Positions 54,948 through 64,000 of a stretch of 64,000 nt of DNA are shown here, piece by piece. The DNA is from Candidatus Acidiferrales bacterium (GTDB lineage Bacteria; Acidobacteriota; Terriglobia; Acidiferrales; UBA7541): the NCBI GenBank assembly GCA_963836965.1, contig CAWILQ010000023.1:57797-121796 (forward strand). The letters are read 5' to 3'. Within the stretch, counting starts at the first letter, position 1. Every line of letters begins with the position of its first letter. The notes under the pieces are model-generated. The model was not told the DNA's origin and did not search any database. It saw only the letters and a list, made by a program, of their open reading frames with translations. The position numbers were made by a program, and so were the translations under genes.

Positions 54948-57392
54948 ATGATGGAATTCTACTGCAACGTGGCATTGTCAGTGCCGTTGCGCACCGCGTT
55001 TACGTACGCCGTGCCGGAATCCCTGCGCGCCCAAATTCTGCCGGGAAGCCGCGTGGTGGTGCCGTTCCGGAAAAAAACGATGGTCGGTGTGGTCTTGGAA
55101 ATGACTACGACCGTCCCTGAAGGAACGCAGATTCGTGAAATTCAAAAAGCCTTGGATCTGATCCCGGCGCTAACGCCGAAGCTGCTGGAACTCGGCCAAT
55201 GGATTGCCGGCTACTACCTGGCTCCGATTGGCGAAGTCTTTCGCGCGATGCTTCCGCCGGTTACAGAAATATCGACAAGGCGAAAAATACTGCTCACGGA
55301 AGCCGGGAAAATCTTCGCAGAAAAATGGAAGGCGGGCGCGGCGCTGAGCGACCTCGCCGGAACAGAATCGGAATTTCTGCAAAAGCTTCTGGAGAAGAAA
55401 AGCGAATTGACGCTCGGACCCTCGAGCAAACTCGGAGTCGCGCCGGAAGCGCTGCAAAGGTTGCAGAAACGCGGCTACATCGAAATTCGAGAAACGGTGC
55501 AGGGTCGCAAGCGGAAGACCCAGCACGTCGTGGCGTGGAAAGCGACCGGTGCCGAGGAAGGAAGATCTGAGAAAGAAGAAAGGCTTCGCGCATTGTTAGA
55601 GACCGAGCGGGGCCCGTTGCCCATGCCCCAGCTTTTGAAACTGGCGCAGGTCTCACGCGCGCTAGTCGACCGCATGCTGCGCGATGGCTTGCTGGAAAGT
55701 TGGGAAGAACCAATCGACCCGGTGGAAGATCCGTTCGATACGGGCTACACACCTGCCGCGCACACATTAAACGAAACCCAGGAGCGTGCCTTTAATGCCA
55801 TTCGTGCACGGTTTGAGTTGGGCGAGTTCGGAGTGCAGTTGCTCCACGGAGTGACCGGCAGCGGAAAAACCGAAGTCTATCTGCGAAGCGTGCAGGACAC
55901 TCTGGCGCGAGGAAAAACCGCGATCATTCTGGTCCCGGAAATTGCGTTAACCCTTTGGATTGGGAGACAATGCCGGGCCTGGTTCGGCGCGCGATTTGAA
56001 GGCGTGGCGGTGTTGCACTCGGCTCTCAGCGATGTGGAGCGGGCACAAGAATGGTGGCGTGTAAGGACCGGCGCGGCGCGTGTCGTCGTGGGTACAAGGT
56101 CGGCAATTTTCGCGCCGGTCGAAAATTTGGGTTTGGTGATCGTCGATGAAGAGCAGGAAACAAGCTACAAGCAAGAGGAAACGCCACGCTATCACGGTCG
56201 CGACGTGGCTATCATGCGCGCGAAGCTGGAAAATACGCTGGCGCTCCTCGGATCGGCTACGCCCTCGCTTGAGACGTATCACCACGCGGTGAATGGCAAG
56301 TACGAACTACTAACAATGGGATCGCGGGTGGAAAATCGCAATCTGGCGGCGGTCGAAATTGTCGACTTGCGTGCGGACTTTCAGCAAACACACAAAACCA
56401 ATCCGATTTCACAAACGCTGCACACGGGCATCGGCGACTGCCTCACGTTTCACACCCAAGCGCTCGTGCTCATCAACCGCCGTGGGTACTCTTGGTCGGT
56501 GCTGTGCCGCAGTTGCGGTGCGTCGGTGAAGTGCGTCAATTGCAGCATCTCGATGACATATCACAAAAGCCGCAACCGCCTCGAGTGCCACTATTGCGGA
56601 TCGATCCAGCCGGTTCCGAAGGTTTGCCCAAAGTGCGAGTCGAAGTATGTGTATTTCTTCGGCGAAGGCTCCGAACATCTCGAAGAGCGCCTAAGGAAGG
56701 AATTTCCCGGCGCGCGGATCGCGCGACTTGATCGAGATACGGCACGAACGAAACGGCAATATCAGGAAACTCTCGGCGCGTTTGCCAGTGGCGCGCTTGA
56801 CATTCTGGTTGGCACGCAAATGCTGGCGAAGGGCCACGATTTTCAGCGGGTGACGCTGGTGGGCGTAATCTCGGCGGATTCCTCGTTGAGCCTGCCGGAT
56901 TTTCGCGCAGCCGAGCGCACGTTTCAGTTGCTGACGCAGGTGGCGGGCCGCGCTGGCCGAGGCGAATTGCCTGGGCGCGTCCTCATTCAGACGTACTATC
57001 CCGAGCATTATGCCGTGCAAGATGCGGTGAAACAGGACTACTTGTCGTTCTATGAGCGCGAGCTGCATTTCCGCCGCATGATGATGTATCCGCCGTTCAC
57101 TTCGCTGGCCAACGTGATTGTGAGAGACACAAATTTGGAAAAAGCGATCCGTTGGTCGCGCCGGCTCTCGGAATATTTTGCGCCGCACGATGAGAAGGGC
57201 GTGCGGATTCTGGGACCGGGGTCCGCGCCTTTAGCCAGGCTCAAAAAAGAGCACCGATATCAGTTCTTGTTGAAGTCGCCGAAGAAGTCGCTGCTGACTA
57301 GGATCTTAAGCGGCGCATTGTTATTCTGCGATGCGAACGAAATTCCGCAGACAGCCGTGTTGACGGACATGGATCCGTTGACGTTGCTGTGA
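54948..57392 (+). CDS. priA: primosomal protein N'
   Basis: GVTGSGKTEVY, LVPEIALT, VDEEQETSYKQ, 8-Cys region, GTQMLAKGHDF, QVAGRAGR. Confidence 0.96.
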   Translation: MMEFYCNVALSVPLRTAFTYAVPESLRAQILPGSRVVVPFRKKTMVGVVLEMTTTVPEGTQIREIQKALDLIPALTPKLLELGQWIAGYYLAPIGEVFRAMLPPVTEISTRRKILLTEAGKIFAEKWKAGAALSDLAGTESEFLQKLLEKKSELTLGPSSKLGVAPEALQRLQKRGYIEIRETVQGRKRKTQHVVAWKATGAEEGRSEKEERLRALLETERGPLPMPQLLKLAQVSRALVDRMLRDGLLESWEEPIDPVEDPFDTGYTPAAHTLNETQERAFNAIRARFELGEFGVQLLHGVTGSGKTEVYLRSVQDTLARGKTAIILVPEIALTLWIGRQCRAWFGARFEGVAVLHSALSDVERAQEWWRVRTGAARVVVGTRSAIFAPVENLGLVIVDEEQETSYKQEETPRYHGRDVAIMRAKLENTLALLGSATPSLETYHHAVNGKYELLTMGSRVENRNLAAVEIVDLRADFQQTHKTNPISQTLHTGIGDCLTFHTQALVLINRRGYSWSVLCRSCGASVKCVNCSISMTYHKSRNRLECHYCGSIQPVPKVCPKCESKYVYFFGEGSEHLEERLRKEFPGARIARLDRDTARTKRQYQETLGAFASGALDILVGTQMLAKGHDFQRVTLVGVISADSSLSLPDFRAAERTFQLLTQVAGRAGRGELPGRVLIQTYYPEHYAVQDAVKQDYLSFYERELHFRRMMMYPPFTSLANVIVRDTNLEKAIRWSRRLSEYFAPHDEKGVRILGPGSAPLARLKKEHRYQFLLKSPKKSLLTRILSGALLFCDANEIPQTAVLTDMDPLTLL

Positions 57393-57451
57393 CCGAAACG
57401 CGCTCGGAGCAAAGCCAGCGCTAGAAGAGAGAAGGAAAATGGTGTCGCGCG

Positions 57452-58450
57452 TCAGGTCGGTACCCAGAGGGGGCTAGCCATGAAGCAGAGGGTGAATACA
57501 ACCAGCGCAAGAAACGCGCCGAATCGGCGATTCGGATCAAGAGGAGTGGGATCGTAAATCGGCGCCATACGAAAAAAGCGCAACCCCAAAAGAATAACCG
57601 CCCAGATCAGCCAGCCTCTCCACAGAAAAATACCCAGCGGGACTAGCGCCAGCGGAAGAGCTAGCGAAATCCATCGGTGCGCGCGCGGGCTTACGGAGCG
57701 GACAATGTGTCCACCATCGAGCTGGCCGACAGGCAACAGATTCAACGCCGTGGCAAAGAGCCCAACCCAAGCCGCCCGGCCGACGGGATGAAGAAGCAAG
57801 TCCGAGGCGTGAGCATTCGGCTGGACGATCGCGGTCATCAGCTTGAGAACCAACGGCACTCCAAAAACGACATCTGCATTCGGGTCAAGAGAGAGCGCCG
57901 GAATTACTCGCGCGTGGAGAACTCCATAGGCTAGCGGCGGCAAAGCGAAAAGAAATCCGACGAGAGGACCTGAGGCGCCGACGTCAAAGAGCGCGCGAGA
58001 AGAGCGGATCGGAGAGCGAATCAAGATGAAAGCTCCGAAAGTGCCGATCAACGTCGGAGCAGGAATAAAGAACGGATAAGTCGCCCGAATGTGATGATGA
58101 CGGCACGCAAAATAGTGTCCGAGTTCGTGAGCAAGGAGGATGGTCAGAAGCGTGCACGCAAAGGGCAATCCGGAAAGAAGCAGTGAGGGATGATGATACG
58201 CGAGCGGAAAAAACTGAAATAAGGCGTCGAGCGACGCGGCCTGATTGCGCGCGTACGCCGCGGCGAAATGAGCGCCTGCTACGAGCGACGTGAGGAGTGT
58301 AAGGAAAAACAGGACACCGGCAATAAGCAGCGAACGAAGCGAAGGGTGACGGCGTGCTAACCGATAGAAGGTGGGAGCGCCCTGCTGATCGGACCATGAA
58401 GAAGAATGCACGAAAACGGGAGTGCGTTGCTCTGGTTCCGGGGAATTCAC
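57452..58450 (-). CDS. site-2 protease (M50)
   Basis: HELGH, GASGP, NLLPVGQLDGGH. Confidence 0.9.
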   Translation of the reverse strand: MNSPEPEQRTPVFVHSSSWSDQQGAPTFYRLARRHPSLRSLLIAGVLFFLTLLTSLVAGAHFAAAYARNQAASLDALFQFFPLAYHHPSLLLSGLPFACTLLTILLAHELGHYFACRHHHIRATYPFFIPAPTLIGTFGAFILIRSPIRSSRALFDVGASGPLVGFLFALPPLAYGVLHARVIPALSLDPNADVVFGVPLVLKLMTAIVQPNAHASDLLLHPVGRAAWVGLFATALNLLPVGQLDGGHIVRSVSPRAHRWISLALPLALVPLGIFLWRGWLIWAVILLGLRFFRMAPIYDPTPLDPNRRFGAFLALVVFTLCFMASPLWVPT

Positions 58451-58455
58451 AAAAT

Positions 58456-58749
58456 TTACTTGGTGGCTGTCGCGGTCGTGTCTTCCAATCCCTGAAGCTC
58501 TTTGCCGGGTTTGAATCGGACAGCTTTGCCTGGAGGTATGCTGACTTCCTCGCCGGTCCGCGGATTCCGGCCGATGCCGGTCTTGCGTGGCTTGACGCTG
58601 AAAACGCCGAACTTGCGGAGCTCGATACGCTGGCCCCGGCCGAGCGCGCCCTTCAGCGATTCGAAGACAGTCTCGACGGCCTGCTCCGCCTTCGTGCGGC
58701 TGATATTCGTCTTCGCCACCACTGCGTTTACGATGTCGAGCTTGATCAC
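58456..58749 (-). CDS. HU/IHF family DNA-binding protein
   Basis: IELRKFGVF, GRNPRTGE, FKPGKEL. Confidence 0.93.
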   Translation of the reverse strand: MIKLDIVNAVVAKTNISRTKAEQAVETVFESLKGALGRGQRIELRKFGVFSVKPRKTGIGRNPRTGEEVSIPPGKAVRFKPGKELQGLEDTTATATK

Positions 58750-58775
58750 GCCACCCTCCAGGAATCCGTGGCCCG

Positions 58776-58804
58776 ATGCTAGAGGCTGCGGCTTAGGTTG
58801 TCAA
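58776..58804 (-). promoter_or_regulatory. sigma70-like promoter of the HU gene
   Basis: TTGACA-17 nt-TAGCAT; GGAGG RBS downstream. Confidence 0.6.
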
Positions 58805-58876
58805 GACGTGGAGCCTCATCTACACTTGAACCTTTTGAGAGTACACGTTTTTCGCGACTTTTACAGGAGGGTGTGA

Positions 58877-59431
58877 ATGTCCGTCAAGCCAGATCACTGG
58901 ATTCGCCGCATGGCGCTCGAACACAAAATGATTGAACCGTTCACCGACCGGCAGGTCCGGGAAGGAGTGATCAGCTACGGCGTATCTTCCTATGGCTATG
59001 ACATCCGCGTGGCCGACGAATTCAAAATTTTCACGAACGTAAACACGACCATTGTGGATCCCAAGCATTTCGACGCGCGCTCATTGGTGGAATACAAGGG
59101 TGACGTGTGCCTGATTCCGCCGAATTCCTTCGCGCTGGCGCGTTCCATCGAATATTTCCGGATCCCGCGTAACGTGTTGACGATCTGTTTGGGAAAATCG
59201 ACTTACGCCCGGTGCGGAATCATCGTGAACGTGACTCCATTCGAGCCGGAATGGGAAGGCTTTGTGACGCTCGAGATCAGCAATACCACGCCGCTACCGG
59301 CGAAAATTTACGCGAATGAAGGTTTGTGCCAAGTGCTCTTCTTTGAAAGCGATGAGGCCTGCGAAGTCAGCTACAAGGACAAAAAAGGAAAGTATCAATC
59401 GCAGGGCGGAATCGTTCTGCCTCGGCTGTAA
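58877..59431 (+). CDS. dcd: dCTP deaminase
   Basis: [39 protein letters not shown]. Confidence 0.95.
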   Translation: MSVKPDHWIRRMALEHKMIEPFTDRQVREGVISYGVSSYGYDIRVADEFKIFTNVNTTIVDPKHFDARSLVEYKGDVCLIPPNSFALARSIEYFRIPRNVLTICLGKSTYARCGIIVNVTPFEPEWEGFVTLEISNTTPLPAKIYANEGLCQVLFFESDEACEVSYKDKKGKYQSQGGIVLPRL

Positions 59432-59508
59432 CCAGTCTATCTAATCGCACGAACGCCAGAGGATCCCAACTGAAAATCTTCCTCGACAAACGATTCACAC
59501 TAAACGAT

Positions 59509-60126
59509 CTAGCGTGACATCTTGCCGGCAATCTCCGCCACATGCTTGCCCTGATAACGAGCGACCTTCAGTTCGTTCTCGCTTGGTTGGCGCGAGCCAT
59601 CGGGACCGGCCAACGTAGTTGCGCCGTACGGGGTTCCGCCGCTGACGTCGGCCATGTGCGTTAAGCCGGATTCGCTGTAGGGCACGCCAACGATGACCAT
59701 GCCGTGATGGAGCAGCGTGGTATGAAAACTAGTGATTGTGGTTTCCTGACCGCCATGCTGAGTACCCGTGGAAGCGAACACACTTCCAACTTTACCGATC
59801 AACGCTCCTTTCATCCACAACGGCCCCGTTTGGTCCAGAAAATTGCGCATCTGGGCAGCCATATTGCCAAAGCGCGTAGGGGTGCCGAAGATAATAGCGT
59901 CGGCTTCGGGAAGCTGTTCGACTTTTGCGATGGGAATTTTTGCGAAGGAGGCTTTCGCGGCTTTCGCGCCGTACTTCTCTAAGACATCATCGGGCATGAG
60001 TTCCTGAACCTGGTAGAGAGAAACTTCCGCGCCGGTCACCTGTTTTGCGCCTTCGACAACCGCTTCAGCCATTCGATGGACATGACCGTACATGCTGTAA
60101 AAAATTACCTGAACTTTGATGCTCAT
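59509..60126 (-). CDS. wrbA: NAD(P)H:quinone oxidoreductase WrbA
   Basis: [32 protein letters not shown]; ATG 60126 with AAGGAG RBS (track start 60312 over-extended). Confidence 0.93.
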   Translation of the reverse strand: MSIKVQVIFYSMYGHVHRMAEAVVEGAKQVTGAEVSLYQVQELMPDDVLEKYGAKAAKASFAKIPIAKVEQLPEADAIIFGTPTRFGNMAAQMRNFLDQTGPLWMKGALIGKVGSVFASTGTQHGGQETTITSFHTTLLHHGMVIVGVPYSESGLTHMADVSGGTPYGATTLAGPDGSRQPSENELKVARYQGKHVAEIAGKMSR

Positions 60127-61115
60127 CGTTTTTCTTCTCCTTGAACTGCGATTCCCAAACTCGTCTCCTCGGCCTGCAACGAAGAAACCGTGACCATTGG
60201 ATAGCCTTTCTCGCGCCAGGCTTCGAGCCCACCTTGAAGGGGTCGAATATGCGCGACGCCTCGCCTTCGAAGAAGCAGCGCCACACGGGCGCTGGTGGCT
60301 TCGTTCGGTCAAGTGCAGTAAAGAACGATTTCCCGGTCGAGCGGCAGTAGCCCGTTTTTCTCTGCCAGATCCTTGGAATCGAGGCGTATGGCGCCGGGAA
60401 TGGTCTCGGGATCGGCCTCAAAATCGAGCGAGTGGCGGAGATCCACAATCGAAAGATTCTCTCCGGCATCGATTTTCCGCTTGAGCTCGTCCACGCTGAT
60501 CCGAGCGATGCGCAGATCTCTAAGAAACTTTTGGCGTATCGCGAATTTGTAGAGAATGTAGCCGATAAGGCCGAGCAAGAGAAAAAACACAAGCCAGCTG
60601 CCCATCGAAGCTGCATTGCGAGCGATCAACTCAATCTGGGCGGCGAAAATATAACCAAGTCCGATATACATGCTAAGCCAGAAGAGTGTGCCGAGCACGT
60701 CATACAGCAAGAATTTTCGCAGCCGCATCTGAAAGATTCCCGCCAGTGGCATAACAACCGCGTTGAGGCCGGGAACAAATTTCGTAAAGAGTAGAGTCTT
60801 TGCGCCTTGCTTTTCGAAGAGTCCCTCGGTGCGGCGAACGCAGGAATCCGGCTCGAGAGAGATGCGGCACAGCCACTGGACAACTTTGATTCCTTTACGG
60901 CGTCCCAATTCGTACCAAACAAAGTCGGCCAGAACGGTGGCAAAGGCGCACGAGAACAACGCCGCCGCGAAATTCATTCGACCGGTTCCCGCCAATGCGC
61001 CCGCGGCTAACAAAATCGGTAAAGAGGGAAGTGGCAGTCCAATTTGCTCCAGAAATACCCAGACCACCAGGAACAGGTAGCCGTGGCGGAAAAGGGTCTC
61101 GAGGAGGGAGGGCAT
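60123..61115 (-). CDS. DedA (VTT) + rhodanese fusion, probable selenoprotein (in-frame TGA at 60311-60309, codon 269)
   Basis: DedA motifs ([17 protein letters not shown]); rhodanese starts (IVDLRH, IPGAI, VLYCT), TGA, then [34 protein letters not shown] to TGA at 60125-60123. Confidence 0.85.
60268..60307 (-). promoter_or_regulatory. bacterial SECIS-like hairpin
   Basis: After UGA: CGAA-c-GAAG-ccac-CAGCGCC-[CGUGU]-GGCGCUG-CUUC-UUCG; apical loop starts 21 nt after UGA and has G then U at loop positions 2-3. Confidence 0.7.
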
Positions 61116-61136
61116 GCCGAGCGACCTTTCACTTTT

Positions 61137-61748
61137 TCAGGCTTGACCATTCAGGAACGAGGCAGGCTGGCCCCAATTTCCGGACATCACGAATTCGGCG
61201 AGTGGTTTGCGCGTGCGCGCGGCGAGTTCGCGCTCGCGAAGAGTTTCCGGCAGGGATTGGACTTCGCCCGGATAGCCGATGGCGAAGGCTGCAATGGGTT
61301 CCCAACCCGCCGGTATGGAAAAAACCTGGATCGCTTTTTGCGGATCAAATCCTGCCATTTGGTGAACAAAAAGGCCACGGGCGGTTGCCTCTGTCGTGAG
61401 GTGCGCCATTGCCGCGCCCGTGTCGTAGAACGCGTTGCGGTTGGGTTTGCCGGTGCGCGCGAAGGCAAGCTCGGAAACGGCGATGCCCAGAACGGGAGCG
61501 TGCTTGGCCCAAGACTGGTTCGCTTCTACTAGTGTGCTCAGCACTTTCCCGTGCGTGGCCGAATCTTCTTTCGTTGCCACGATGAAGGCCCAAGGTTGTT
61601 CATTGCTACTGGATGGCGCCCAGCGAGCGGCTTCAAATAGGCTTCGAAGCACCTCGGCAGGGACGACTTTGTCCGAGAAAGCGCGCGGGCTCCAGCGCTC
61701 GCGGATCAATTCGTGTACGGGATGATCGGTGGCAGCAGGTTTGTTCAT
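61137..61748 (-). CDS. nitroreductase family protein
   Basis: IRERWSPRAF, EAARWAPSSSNEQPW, YDTGAA, HQMAGFD, RTRKPL. Confidence 0.92.
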   Translation of the reverse strand: MNKPAATDHPVHELIRERWSPRAFSDKVVPAEVLRSLFEAARWAPSSSNEQPWAFIVATKEDSATHGKVLSTLVEANQSWAKHAPVLGIAVSELAFARTGKPNRNAFYDTGAAMAHLTTEATARGLFVHQMAGFDPQKAIQVFSIPAGWEPIAAFAIGYPGEVQSLPETLRERELAARTRKPLAEFVMSGNWGQPASFLNGQA

Positions 61749-61875
61749 GGTGAATCCCCCAATGTCGCTAGGTCATTAGTAAGCATTGTTTGAACGGCGG
61801 AAAGAAGTGAAATTGCCGGAACACTCCAAAGCATCTCTACCGGCTATAGCCTCCACGACTCGACGAAAATACCCT

Positions 61876-62391
61876 TCATGCCTGGTTCTCCTTTTTTGCC
61901 TTCGAGATCGTTTTGGATGCCTGAGCACTCTCGACGGGTTCACGCTGTTCCACTTCCATCAGCAATTCCGTCAACTGCTTCAAGCGGGCAGCCGGCATGT
62001 GGCGAAACTGATCTTTGTGTAGTTCATGTACCGGCAGGTCCAGTTTCTTCAATAACTTCAGGCCGTCCGGTGTGATACGGGTTTTGATAACCCTGCGGTC
62101 CTCTTTCTGACGTTCGCGGGTAATCAGCTGGTGAGCTTCCATGCGGTCAAGCAGCCGCGTGATATCCGGATCGCGCGAAATCATGCGCTCGCTGATGCCG
62201 CGGCAAAGGAGCCCATCCGGTTCCGCGCCTCGCAGAATGCGAAGCACATTGTATTGAGCAGGGGTAAGGCCCCCGGTTTTGATAAGCCGTTCGGCCTCTT
62301 GCGACAGGGAATCAGCCGTCTTCAGGATGGCGACAAACAAACGGTCCTCCAGGTGCGTCGTGGGACAGGAAGCATCTGCTCGCGAACTCAT
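61876..62391 (-). CDS. MarR family transcriptional regulator
   Basis: GLTPAQYNVLRILRG, PDITRLLDRME, EDRRV, ITPDG..LL; ATG 62391 preferred. Confidence 0.9.
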   Translation of the reverse strand: MSSRADASCPTTHLEDRLFVAILKTADSLSQEAERLIKTGGLTPAQYNVLRILRGAEPDGLLCRGISERMISRDPDITRLLDRMEAHQLITRERQKEDRRVIKTRITPDGLKLLKKLDLPVHELHKDQFRHMPAARLKQLTELLMEVEQREPVESAQASKTISKAKKENQA

Positions 62392-62397
62392 GGCAGC

Positions 62398-62426
62398 ATG
62401 ATAGCTGTTATAACGACTATTGTCAA
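62398..62426 (-). promoter_or_regulatory. leaderless marR promoter with palindromic operator in the spacer
   Basis: TTGACA-17 nt-TATCAT, 6 nt before ATG; ATAGctGTTATAACgaCTAT dyad at 62401-62420. Confidence 0.7.
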
Positions 62427-62461
62427 GAGGAAAGTATTTCCGCGGCCGCGACTGCTCCGCA

Positions 62462-63238
62462 TTACGGCTTCGCAACCGGCCGCAGGTGTACTTCGCTGAT
62501 GAAGCTTTGCGATCCTTGTAGAATCACCATCGCCACCGCGTGCGCCACGTCGTCCGCCCTCAACACTATCGTCGGGTCCTTCGATCCGCGTCCGGAGAAC
62601 TCCGTGGCAACGCTGCCGGGACAGATCACACTGACGCGGATGCCGTGAACGCGCAAGTCTTCCGCCATGCAGCCGCTCAATCCTTGCAGCCCCCATTTCG
62701 AGGTGCAATAGAGCCCACCACCGATGAAAGTGTTTTTACCCGCGAGTGAGCTGATATTGATGATGTCTCCGTTGCGCCGATGAATCATCAGCGGCGCAAC
62801 GGCTCGCGAGACCAGAAACACGCTCTTGAGATTGGTGTCGAGGACGGCGTCCCAGTCCGATTCACTTTTTTCCTGAATCGGACCAAATCCGGGATTCCCG
62901 ATTCCCGCATTATTGATGAGCACGGTAATCGGCCCAAGTTTCTCTTCCGTCGCTTGCACGAGCGCGGAAATCTCGGCTGCTTTTGTGACGTCTGCCTGAA
63001 ACTTCAGAACCCTCGAAGAGAATTGTTTTAGTTCGCCGGCCACCGATTCCAGCGCTTCCCTATCGCGTCCGCAGATGCTCACCGCCGAGCCGAGTTGCGC
63101 AAGTTTTATGGCAATTGCTTTACCAATTCCGCGGCTGCCGCCAGTGACTAGGGCAACGTGGCCGAATAGGGGCTTTTCAATGTGAGCACCCGGTTTTTCG
63201 ATTTGAGCTGCAGTATTTGCATTGCTTATATTTGCCAT
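62462..63238 (-). CDS. SDR family oxidoreductase
   Basis: TGGSRGIG, NNAG, NISS, YCTSK, ICPGSV. Confidence 0.9.
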   Translation of the reverse strand: MANISNANTAAQIEKPGAHIEKPLFGHVALVTGGSRGIGKAIAIKLAQLGSAVSICGRDREALESVAGELKQFSSRVLKFQADVTKAAEISALVQATEEKLGPITVLINNAGIGNPGFGPIQEKSESDWDAVLDTNLKSVFLVSRAVAPLMIHRRNGDIINISSLAGKNTFIGGGLYCTSKWGLQGLSGCMAEDLRVHGIRVSVICPGSVATEFSGRGSKDPTIVLRADDVAHAVAMVILQGSQSFISEVHLRPVAKP

Positions 63239-63403
63239 AGATTTTCTTCCTCACCGAAGTCACAAAGAATATGCGAAACTCATGATACTCCTAGGGATAC
63301 TGCCCGGCTTTGGATGCCTCCTAGCTGCGCAGAGTTAAGTGGATTTGTCAGAAGTCGTTGGTAAAACTGTACTCTCCGAGTACGTAAGCAGTTTAGCTGT
63401 GAC

Positions 63404-63433
63404 TTGCGAACAGGCGGGGGCAGCCCCTATAAT
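63404..63433 (+). promoter_or_regulatory. sigma70-like promoter
   Basis: TTGCGA-18 nt-TATAAT upstream of ORF 63557. Confidence 0.5.
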
Positions 63434-63556
63434 TCGTAGGTTTCCGAGAGAATCATTTTTCTTTGCTGGGATGAGCCGTAAGACTGGTCAGCGCCTCCGG
63501 TAGCTGCCAGATTGCGTTATGCTAAAGACGAGCGGTGAGAGCGAGGAGATAACGGA

Positions 63557-64000
63557 ATGAATGCAACACGACGGATGGCGAGCCTGGCGGTCTTTGCGGC
63601 GCTTTGTCTGCTTTGCCTGAACCTGATACCGGCGGCGGCACAGGATGCCGGTGCGGGCGCCGCGGGTCAGCAAAAGTACACCATGGCGGAGTACAACGCC
63701 TATACTGCAGCAGCCAACGAAAAGAATCCGGCGGCGCAACTGAAAGCGCTTGACGATTTTGTCGCGAAGTACCCGAATTCAAGTCTCTTGAACTACGTCT
63801 ACCCTCTCTATTACCAGAACTACGCCGCCCAGAAGAACTATCCGAAAGTGATCGAGTACGCCGACAAGGAATTGGCGCTTGGCGACAAGGCTTCGGCTAC
63901 GGAGCGCTATCAGGCCTACTCCGCGCGCGCGTTCGCATATAACAATATGCAGAATCCAGATGTTGCAACCTCGAAGGCAGCTTACCAAGCGGCACTAGAC
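63557..64000 (+). CDS. exported TPR-like protein, partial (runs off window)
   Basis: Not in ORF track. GAGGAG RBS; MNATRRMASLAVFAALCLLCLNLIPAAA-Q..EYNAY..LDDFVAKYPNS; open to the window end. Confidence 0.8.
   Translation, partial: MNATRRMASLAVFAALCLLCLNLIPAAAQDAGAGAAGQQKYTMAEYNAYTAAANEKNPAAQLKALDDFVAKYPNSSLLNYVYPLYYQNYAAQKNYPKVIEYADKELALGDKASATERYQAYSARAFAYNNMQNPDVATSKAAYQAALD

Noticed and set aside
60127-60312. N-terminal extension of wrbA in the track, and ORF 60065-60616
   Set aside because: This stretch is better explained as the read-through C-terminus of the rhodanese; wrbA has its own RBS and ATG at 60126.
1-64000. CRISPR arrays, IS/transposases, integrases, tRNA or rRNA genes
   Set aside because: No repeat-spacer periodicity, terminal inverted repeats, DDE or tyrosine-recombinase ORFs, or tRNA/rRNA signatures were seen.

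Overview
A 64-kb, gene-dense chromosomal window. The ADOP-permease/PadR array, VWFA-related protein and multiple Hanks kinases point to Acidobacteriota (inference). Housekeeping content: ybiT-like ABC-F, thrC, a LonC-like protease, queF, eda, an lptC/A-lptB-rpoN-rapZ-msbA-yicC-gmk-rpoZ-coaBC-udg-priA block, HU and dcd. I found no rRNA, tRNA, CRISPR array or mobile element. Three things stand out that the ORF track misses. (1) A DedA-rhodanese fusion (61115-60123, minus) has an in-frame TGA in a Y-C-T-*-P-N-E motif, a SECIS-like hairpin right after it, and a real stop that overlaps the wrbA start. It is a probable selenoprotein in a marR-nitroreductase-dedA/rhodanese(Sec)-wrbA redox cluster. 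(2) An RcnR-type repressor (H3-C35-H60-H64) is broken by a one-base frameshift and shares a CsoR/RcnR-type operator with a divergent small ORF and MnoP-like porin. (3) Four tandem orphan ABC permeases follow a PadR gene with a clear promoter and two CCTAT-N9-ATAGG boxes. All calls are by eye, with no database searches or folding calculations.
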